A DNA stretch of 31,704 nucleotides, from the IMG/VR virus record IMGVR_UViG_3300043407_000013, positions 1-31,704 of that record. One strand, 5' to 3'. The position numbers and the translations under genes were made by a program. Positions 26,196 to 31,704 of the stretch are shown here, piece after piece. This stretch comes from a virus (lineage: Duplodnaviria; Caudoviricetes). Positions within the stretch are counted from its first letter, which is position 1, and every line of letters starts with the position of its first letter. The notes beneath the pieces were generated by a model. The model was not told the DNA's origin, made no database searches, and saw nothing but the letters and a program-made list of their open reading frames with translations.

Positions 26196-26481
26196 TGTTG
26201 TTTCTTTCAGAAATTGCTTTTGCCTTGGCTTTGGCATCTTCTTTGGATGATGCGCCCCATGCTTTTAAAGCAAGTGCTAACCGTGTGGGTTCGCCATTCT
26301 TTTCCATTGGGCCATTAGTTGCACCCATTCGCGCAAGAAAAGATGCACGCCTTGGGTTGTCGCCCGATTTGACGGGGGGTTTTAACGTCCCGCCCGTTTC
26401 CGCAGCATAACTCGCCCGCCCTTTAGCATTCAACCCACCTTCGGGGTTTTTGCCTTCTTTGCGAGTCCATGCGGCGCTCAT
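26188..26481 (-). CDS. Small basic protein (DUF6321-like)
   Basis: AWTRKEGKNPEGGLNAKGRAS...RRASFLARM...LKAW. Confidence 0.75.
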   Translation of the reverse strand: MSAAWTRKEGKNPEGGLNAKGRASYAAETGGTLKPPVKSGDNPRRASFLARMGATNGPMEKNGEPTRLALALKAWGASSKEDAKAKAKAISERNNNG

Positions 26482-26633
26482 TTGTTCTCGGGCTTTGCGG
26501 TTTTGGCCGCGTCTTTAAAATCTTTGGCGGTAGGTGCATCTTTGCTACCCACCTTGTTCATCTTCTCACCCGAACCCGCCTTGATCCGTTCTTGTTTTGC
26601 CAAAATGTTGGCATAAAGTCCAGCTTTAGACAT
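26478..26633 (-). CDS. Small basic protein, 51 aa (MSKAGLYANILAKQERIKAGSGEKM...), absent from the ORF track
   Basis: Hand translation; fills the gap exactly with ATGA coupling; GLYANI.AK motif. Confidence 0.8.
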   Translation of the reverse strand: MSKAGLYANILAKQERIKAGSGEKMNKVGSKDAPTAKDFKDAAKTAKPENK

Positions 26634-26635
26634 GA

Positions 26636-26950
26636 TTAAGCAGAGAAGATGCCAACGCCCAACACCTCAACGCCCGCGCCTGTGGTCACGCGCCATGAGC
26701 CATTTCTAGATATGGTGTTGAACTCAATGTTATATTGACCGATGCCACCGCCAGGGGAGGCGGGCAACACCACATGGGTGAAAGTCGCGCCATCGGAAAT
26801 GCTGACGTTGCCCGTTGCGGCAGTTGATACCGTGCAAATTAGGCGGTGAAGATAATCCCCCGCTGCGCCTGTGCCACCCAAAACGCGTCCAGTTGAGCTT
26901 GCGGGGACGTGTTCATATTGGTATGCGTAAGGTGTATTTATTCCACTCAT
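26636..26950 (-). CDS. Hypothetical small beta protein (possibly structural)
   Basis: Coupled to the terL stop; G/T-rich. Confidence 0.65.
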   Translation of the reverse strand: MSGINTPYAYQYEHVPASSTGRVLGGTGAAGDYLHRLICTVSTAATGNVSISDGATFTHVVLPASPGGGIGQYNIEFNTISRNGSWRVTTGAGVEVLGVGIFSA

Positions 26951-28287
26951 ATTCGATTGCTCCTAGCGGTTTGTTTGTGGATTGCCCACATATCGTTCAT
27001 TGTGACTTCGTTTTCGGGGCCAACAATCAACACTTTACTCGGGTCAGGCGGTTTGTCTTTCGGTTCTTCCCGCCAACTAATTGCTAACATCCTCATGGCG
27101 TCAGCGGGGTGACTTGTCCAATCGTGCTTGGGCGTTTGCCTAAAAGCCTTCTTGTCCTCGTCATACTCACGCTGATACTGCCTCAACGCCTCAATCCCAT
27201 CCGCGCACTTCTCGGCATCAAACCAACATCTTGGCAATGCCATCCTTACGGCTTGAATACCATCTTGAACGGTCAAACTAGGCACAATCGCCAAGTTGTT
27301 AATGCCCAAGTGTGCGGCCATTTGCTCAATTACCGACTTCCCACCGCTTGCCAAAGTCCTAGCTCTCGCATCATGCGGTAAGTAGTGTTTTCCGTAATTG
27401 TAGGGTTTTTCTTTGATTTTTGATACAAATTCTTCAATTGTTCCACCAGAAAGGGCAAAAAAATCAACAATATGTATTTCGCCCGCAATGACTTGATACC
27501 ACCAAATTGCCGTGTCATCGGTGTGACCCAAGTCCCAAGCCGTGTGAGTCTTGACCTCAAGTTGGTTCTCAACCTTGGTTATGCGCCCATCCTCGCTTAC
27601 CTTGCGCATTTCCGTGCCCCATATCGCACCAATGATGGCCGCCTCAAAGCTGCACTCATATTCTTGCAAATATTGATCTTCGGCTAATTGCGCCTGTGCC
27701 GCTTGTAACTCGGATTCGGGCAACAACTTGGATTTGCTTGCGGGTAGTGATAGGCTAAACCACTCATTCGGTAGTTTCTTGCTTGTCTCGTAAATGTTCC
27801 AAAACTGATTCTTGCCCTTGGGCGTGCCCCCAAAGACGCACCACCCCTGTTTATCACTGAGAGCTGGCCTCACCACGTTACCCCACACACTAGGCTTAAA
27901 GTCGCCATATTCATCAAGGTAGAGGCCATCAAAACCCAATCCTCGCATGGCATCGGCATTGTCCGCACCAAATAGCCTGATCTTTGCACCGTTCAATAGC
28001 TCAATGATTAGGTCGGCCTCATTGGTTGACTTGGCGATGGGACGGGAAAAGTATTTGAGATAGTCCCATGCCACGCTCTTGGCTTGGCTTCGGTACGGGG
28101 CAACATACCCAAACAATGGCATTGGGCTTTTGCAAGTGATTGCCGCCCTGATGATGTCGTTGATGGCCGCCACGGTCTTACCCGCCCTTCGGTGAGCCAC
28201 TAAGCAAGCCCATCTCTCGGTTCTAGCGTGAAACTCCCTAAATTGCTTTCTAGGGCTATAAGGGATTTCTATGATTCCGCTTGCCAT
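26947..28287 (-). CDS. terL: Terminase large subunit
   Basis: Walker A HRRAGKT, Walker B LYLDE, GTPKG, QEYECSF, nuclease WDLG..D, LPHDA, HDWTSHPADA. Confidence 0.97.
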   Translation of the reverse strand: MASGIIEIPYSPRKQFREFHARTERWACLVAHRRAGKTVAAINDIIRAAITCKSPMPLFGYVAPYRSQAKSVAWDYLKYFSRPIAKSTNEADLIIELLNGAKIRLFGADNADAMRGLGFDGLYLDEYGDFKPSVWGNVVRPALSDKQGWCVFGGTPKGKNQFWNIYETSKKLPNEWFSLSLPASKSKLLPESELQAAQAQLAEDQYLQEYECSFEAAIIGAIWGTEMRKVSEDGRITKVENQLEVKTHTAWDLGHTDDTAIWWYQVIAGEIHIVDFFALSGGTIEEFVSKIKEKPYNYGKHYLPHDARARTLASGGKSVIEQMAAHLGINNLAIVPSLTVQDGIQAVRMALPRCWFDAEKCADGIEALRQYQREYDEDKKAFRQTPKHDWTSHPADAMRMLAISWREEPKDKPPDPSKVLIVGPENEVTMNDMWAIHKQTARSNRI

Positions 28288-28598
28288 TTAATGACCATTT
28301 CTTGTGGGCCACCGTCCGCGCCCGTGACTTCCGAGCGTGCCAACTTGGGCACATGGTACTCAACAACGCTTTGGAATAGCTCAAACGCCTTGGCGGGGTT
28401 TGGCTTTATGTCGTTTGTTATATCACCCTCGGCAACCGCATCGAGCCATTCTGCGAGCCTATGCGCGTTTCCATCCACAAATGAGGCTATGGCTTGCCTT
28501 GCCTCTTGCGTGACCTTGTTGGGCACTCCCGATGGCCTTCCGTTGGGGTTATTGGTCTTTCCCTTGCGGCTTTGTTTAACTTTGTTGTTTTCAATCAT
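28269..28598 (-). CDS. terS: Terminase small subunit
   Basis: NPNGRPSGVPNKVT N-terminus, PKLARSEVTGADGGP C-terminus; directly upstream of terL. Confidence 0.8.
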   Translation of the reverse strand: MIENNKVKQSRKGKTNNPNGRPSGVPNKVTQEARQAIASFVDGNAHRLAEWLDAVAEGDITNDIKPNPAKAFELFQSVVEYHVPKLARSEVTGADGGPQEMVIKWQAES

Positions 28599-28633
28599 TG
28601 CTTGCACCTTGTCGGGTGTGTGGCGTTATAGGC

Positions 28634-29005
28634 TTAGTCCAAATACTTTAGCTTATATAAGGTTGAATCGATGTTCTCTTGAATGTTATCCACAAGTTGA
28701 TTTAGTTCCGAGTCTTGGGGTAGCTCTTTCCTTATGTCCATTACGAACTTGGATAGAACTTCAAAGTATTTAACGGGGTCGGCATTTGGGGGGTGATACT
28801 CATTGGGGAACTTCTTTAGTTGCCCGTATTTGCCCATATAAGCCTCGGCATAGGCATCGGTTTGGTCAACGATTAGGTCGTAGAACGTGCCAAGTGCCAT
28901 GTGCTTGCTAAAGCTATTGGTTGTCCAGTGCATTAAGTGGGCATTTGTGCCGCAATGTAGTAGCGCAAGGACAAAGTTTGAAACAAATCCCGAGTATTTT
29001 TCCAT
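28634..29005 (-). CDS. Dps/ferritin-like protein (DUF5856-like)
   Basis: HLMHW..S.SKH.ALG.FYD...D..AE.YMG and C-terminal YKL..L four-helix-bundle pattern. Confidence 0.75.
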   Translation of the reverse strand: MEKYSGFVSNFVLALLHCGTNAHLMHWTTNSFSKHMALGTFYDLIVDQTDAYAEAYMGKYGQLKKFPNEYHPPNADPVKYFEVLSKFVMDIRKELPQDSELNQLVDNIQENIDSTLYKLKYLD

Positions 29006-29015
29006 GCTTTTTCCT

Positions 29016-29055
29016 AAAAAAAGTGGTGAGATTGCATTTTAATACAGTCTCACCA
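29016..29055 (-). terminator. Hairpin plus T7 tract at the middle/late boundary
   Basis: TGGTGAGAcTGTAT-taaa-ATGCAaTCTCACCA-c-TTTTTTT on the minus strand. Confidence 0.6.
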
Positions 29056-29063
29056 TAAGGCAA
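29036..29063 (-). promoter_or_regulatory. Candidate late promoter TTGCCT-16-TAAAAT overlapping the hairpin
   Basis: Hexamer match in the intergenic gap upstream of the packaging genes. Confidence 0.45.
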
Positions 29064-29071
29064 CTACAAAT

Positions 29072-29395
29072 TTAGTATATCGGAATTGGAATATCTTTGG
29101 GCCATTGATTGCTTTCAACCAACTCATTGATGGTTCTTTCATGGGCTTTTTGCCACATTTGTTGGCGCTCATCTTTTGATAGATGTGCCCCTTGGTCAAT
29201 CTCATAGTGGCATTTGAGGCATAGGGCGGCCACCAAATTGTCATCGGCCTTGATGCCCCGTCCCTTGCCACCGCCCCAATTGGTGTGAGCCGCTTGAACC
29301 CCGTTATCCATGCCACAACTTTGACAAGCTAAATTTGTCACTAGCTTTAGGAGTTTTTGGCTTCTCACATATTGATGCTTCAAATATTGTGTCAT
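29072..29395 (-). CDS. DUF1364/DUF968-like Zn-binding HNH-type nuclease
   Basis: LACQSCG...QAAH....GKGRGIKADD...ALC..CH.EID. Confidence 0.75.
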   Translation of the reverse strand: MTQYLKHQYVRSQKLLKLVTNLACQSCGMDNGVQAAHTNWGGGKGRGIKADDNLVAALCLKCHYEIDQGAHLSKDERQQMWQKAHERTINELVESNQWPKDIPIPIY

Positions 29396-29525
29396 CGGTT
29401 ATTGCGTATTCTTTGGTTAAGTATTTGTGGCCGTTATCGCAAATTCGCCTTCGGAGGATAAATTCGGGGTTTGCCCTAGTGTCTAACACTTTGTTGTGGC
29501 GAATCTTACATACGGGGCACATCAT
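29304..29525 (-). CDS. Zn-ribbon protein (NrdR N-terminal/Ogr-Delta-like)
   Basis: CPVC....KVLDTR......RRRIC.NGHKY.T.E. Confidence 0.7.
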   Translation of the reverse strand: MMCPVCKIRHNKVLDTRANPEFILRRRICDNGHKYLTKEYAITDDTIFEASICEKPKTPKASDKFSLSKLWHG

Positions 29526-30154
29526 GCGGTTTTTTCCTTTATGTCATAAAACCAATCGTCACCCGCACTCCATTTGCGTGTGCCATCAACCGTCCAAAGC
29601 CTTTGTGCGGCTTTAAAATCGGGGTGTTTTGTCTCCGAGGGAATTAGGCTTTGGTCGTACCACAAGCATCGGTTATTGGGTTGACAAGCAAATTGCCCGT
29701 TTTCTAGTGCAATAAAGTTAAAACTCTTGTGTTCCTCGGCTTGTTCGGTAAAGCCCGTGTCCAAGTCCATACCGTCCGCGCAAAAGTCAACGGTGAACAA
29801 ATACCGCCCAAAATGCCATTCCTTGTCTTTACCGTAGAACTTAACGCCCAAGTTACGCAAACCAATTTTTTCAAGGATCGTGAATTTGTACCCCATGCAA
29901 TCCCATAATTGCAAAATGTCAATTGGCAAATTACCCGCTTCCGTATGCCAAACATAAGCATGGATGGGTAGCTTGTCGTACAAAGCGCCATAGGCGGGGA
30001 GTAATGATTCAATGCGGAAAACTTGACCGCGCAAGGCTTTTAGGCTTACCCAAATCGCGGGTTCTAGCTCACCATGCCCCTTGTGATCGTTGTATAAAAA
30101 CTCACGCTTGACAAAGCATTTCATGGGCGGCAACGATGCGATTATGTAACTCAT
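29522..30154 (-). CDS. Conserved hypothetical phage protein
   Basis: GALYDKLPIHAY, LQLWDC, YLFTVDF, EHKSFN, GQFACQPNNR; ATGA coupling on both sides. Confidence 0.8.
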   Translation of the reverse strand: MSYIIASLPPMKCFVKREFLYNDHKGHGELEPAIWVSLKALRGQVFRIESLLPAYGALYDKLPIHAYVWHTEAGNLPIDILQLWDCMGYKFTILEKIGLRNLGVKFYGKDKEWHFGRYLFTVDFCADGMDLDTGFTEQAEEHKSFNFIALENGQFACQPNNRCLWYDQSLIPSETKHPDFKAAQRLWTVDGTRKWSAGDDWFYDIKEKTA

Positions 30155-30450
30155 GGGTTGCCCCTTGCTCGGATGGCATCAACAAAAGGTTGCGAAATAA
30201 TTTCCCCTGTTTTTCTTATAAATTTGGTTTCAGATGTAACACCTTCAAAAGCAGCCGACCAATTACTCATTTCATTTGAAATTTGCTCACATACTTTTGC
30301 ACAAGCCTCACGCTCATGTGCCGCCAATAACGCAACAAATTCGTTAAATTCTTCGGGAAAATGCTTAAAAAGTTGTTTTAGCAAAATGATCCAATCGTCA
30401 TCACCTTTTCCCGCTTTGAACGCCATGCTTATAACTTCATCTTGTTTCAT
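30151..30450 (-). CDS. Hypothetical protein (AAHEREACAKVCE...AIRARG type)
   Basis: Common small phage motif; coupled. Confidence 0.7.
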   Translation of the reverse strand: MKQDEVISMAFKAGKGDDDWIILLKQLFKHFPEEFNEFVALLAAHEREACAKVCEQISNEMSNWSAAFEGVTSETKFIRKTGEIISQPFVDAIRARGNP

Positions 30451-30848
30451 GCTTCAATCCCCTTCTCGGCCATCCAACACAATAGCCATTCAATAAATTC
30501 CGAACCTTCTTCTTTGGTGAATTTGTGGCTTTGAATGCCTAGTTGAACCACCCTTTGCCCGTCAAGGCTCGGGGCAACCTTGCCTAACTTGCGTCCCGTC
30601 TCATTAGCCCATTGGTCAATTAGTAGGCGTTTCCAATCATCCGATGACCACTCCGAGCCAACAACCTTCATGGCTTTGGCTATTTGGTCAATTAGGGCGT
30701 GAAACATATCGTTTTGCTCATTACTTCGGGTTGCTTTTTTAACCTCTAAACGTAGCTGCTTGCCCGCTTGCAAGGTTTCTTTAATCTTGGGCCACAAGTC
30801 TTTTAGGACGGTATGGGCTTGTTGGCTATTGTGTAACGTGAAAATCAT
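30447..30848 (-). CDS. ninB: NinB/Orf-family recombination protein
   Basis: TRSNEQN..FHAL...IAK, W...DWK.L, VAPSLDG..VV.LG..S.KFTK.E.SEFIE. Confidence 0.88.
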   Translation of the reverse strand: MIFTLHNSQQAHTVLKDLWPKIKETLQAGKQLRLEVKKATRSNEQNDMFHALIDQIAKAMKVVGSEWSSDDWKRLLIDQWANETGRKLGKVAPSLDGQRVVQLGIQSHKFTKEEGSEFIEWLLCWMAEKGIEA

Positions 30849-30934
30849 GGCTTAAATCCTATGTAGTAATAAACCAATCCCCAATGGACAATTAACAATA
30901 AACACAAAAGTGTGTAAATAACTTTATTGCTCAT
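30845..30934 (-). CDS. Small membrane peptide, 29 aa (MSNKVIYTLLCLLLIVHWGLVYYYIGFKP)
   Basis: ATGA overlaps at both ends; hydrophobic. Confidence 0.65.
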   Translation of the reverse strand: MSNKVIYTLLCLLLIVHWGLVYYYIGFKP

Positions 30935-31353
30935 GCTTGCCTCACCATGACTTCAACCTTTGCCACTTCCCCATAAACCTTTGTGGCGTGAATTGATGTG
31001 ATTTGGGAATCCGATAAAAAGACAATTTTGTCCATGCCATCGCATATTGCTTTGACCACATTATCTAAATCGGGCTTTTTTGTGTGTTTCTCAACATTGC
31101 TTAAACAAGCCTCTATGCGTTTTTTTGAGTATGAGGCGGGAACGGCAAAGGTAACGTAAATAAATGCCTCTAATGCCCCTTCTAAGGGCTTTGAACCGCC
31201 CATTGCGGCTAAAGCCATCATGCCAACTTCAAATTCAAAGGCTTTTGTCTTTTCGGGGGTGTAAGCAACGGGAAACTTTCCCCTTGTGGAAAACCTTGGC
31301 CTTCCTTTGGGCGTTGGAGTTCCATAAACTGTAAACATAATGCTGATGCTCAT
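30931..31353 (-). CDS. rusA: RusA-family Holliday junction resolvase
   Basis: G.P.PKGRPRF, YTP, KPDLDNVVKAICDGM...F.SDSQI. Confidence 0.93.
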   Translation of the reverse strand: MSISIMFTVYGTPTPKGRPRFSTRGKFPVAYTPEKTKAFEFEVGMMALAAMGGSKPLEGALEAFIYVTFAVPASYSKKRIEACLSNVEKHTKKPDLDNVVKAICDGMDKIVFLSDSQITSIHATKVYGEVAKVEVMVRQA

Positions 31354-31703
31354 GGTTGCCTCGCAAATTCGCCAAACAATTTTTGTTCTGCAATTTTTCT
31401 AGCAGCAATTGCATTTTCTATTGACAGAAACAAACCTATGTGTTTTATTTTTTTATCAATTTGAATTCGTGCAGCCCATTTATTTCGTTGTTTATTCCAA
31501 AAAACACCGCTACAACCTGATGAGTTATCAATACGCTTTTTTAAATTCATTTGATTTTGCGTTCTAGTGGCAACACGCAAATTTACTAATCTATTGTCAT
31601 TTCTTACACCATTTATATGGTCAAGAAATTCTGGCATAAAACCGTAATGCATTAACCAAATCAAACGATGCGCTCTAATTGATTTGTTTTTAAAACCAAT
31701 AAC
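31350..31703 (-). CDS. HNH-AP2 homing endonuclease (5'-truncated at the window end)
   Basis: Frame open to the end: VIGFKNKSIRAHRLIW...DHINGVRNDNR..NLR, then NSSGCSGV.W...KW.ARI......HIG.F (AP2). Confidence 0.92.
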   Translation of the reverse strand, partial: VIGFKNKSIRAHRLIWLMHYGFMPEFLDHINGVRNDNRLVNLRVATRTQNQMNLKKRIDNSSGCSGVFWNKQRNKWAARIQIDKKIKHIGLFLSIENAIAARKIAEQKLFGEFARQP

Positions 31704-31704
31704 A

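Larger units (their letters stand above)
1..31704. mobile_element. Near-complete tailed phage genome (podovirus-type morphogenesis; lambdoid-style replication/recombination; no integrase seen)
   Basis: Terminase, portal, capsid, tail, ejection, lysis, replication and recombination genes are all present; no host genes; one HNH gene appears split across the two ends. Confidence 0.95.

Noticed and set aside
28228-28773. 181-aa plus-strand ORF
   Set aside because: Antisense to terS and the Dps-like gene; no recognisable features.
29040-29100. Ogr-type TGT-N12-ACA site upstream of the late promoter
   Set aside because: No correctly spaced match found by eye.
1-31704. Stop-codon reassignment as the cause of the odd codon usage
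   Set aside because: Genes translate full length in the standard code with dense packing, and CAG/CTG loss also spans codon boundaries and both strands.

Overview
Near-complete (~31.7 kb) genome of a small tailed dsDNA phage with a podovirus-type virion module. A divergent control region at ~2.62-2.76 kb separates two arms. The short rightward early arm (2.77-5.88 kb) carries ERF annealase, YqaJ/lambda-type exonuclease, a mini-SSB and small ORFs. The leftward arm carries a Cro-like HTH, a DNA methyltransferase, a DUF1376/O-like initiator with an internal iteron array and a P-like loader. It wraps round the contig ends through an HNH-AP2 endonuclease, RusA, NinB and Zn-finger genes into the late operon (Dps-like, terS, terL, portal, scaffold, capsid, tail adaptor/nozzle, GNAT, three ejection proteins, tail fibre, lysis cassette). 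I see no integrase, CI repressor, tRNA or CRISPR. A freshwater Betaproteobacterial host is an inference from gene style only. Most notable: (1) strong avoidance of CAG/CTG and CCGG on both strands, with unpurged islands that mark probable recent module swaps; (2) a lysis cassette with a T4 T-like GAF-domain holin next to small secreted and cytoplasmic proteins, suggesting a lysis-inhibition-like system; (3) two candidate structured RNAs, one c4-like with antisense sites over a ribosome-binding region and one with a bulged-G module. All family calls come from motif recognition by eye, not database searches.
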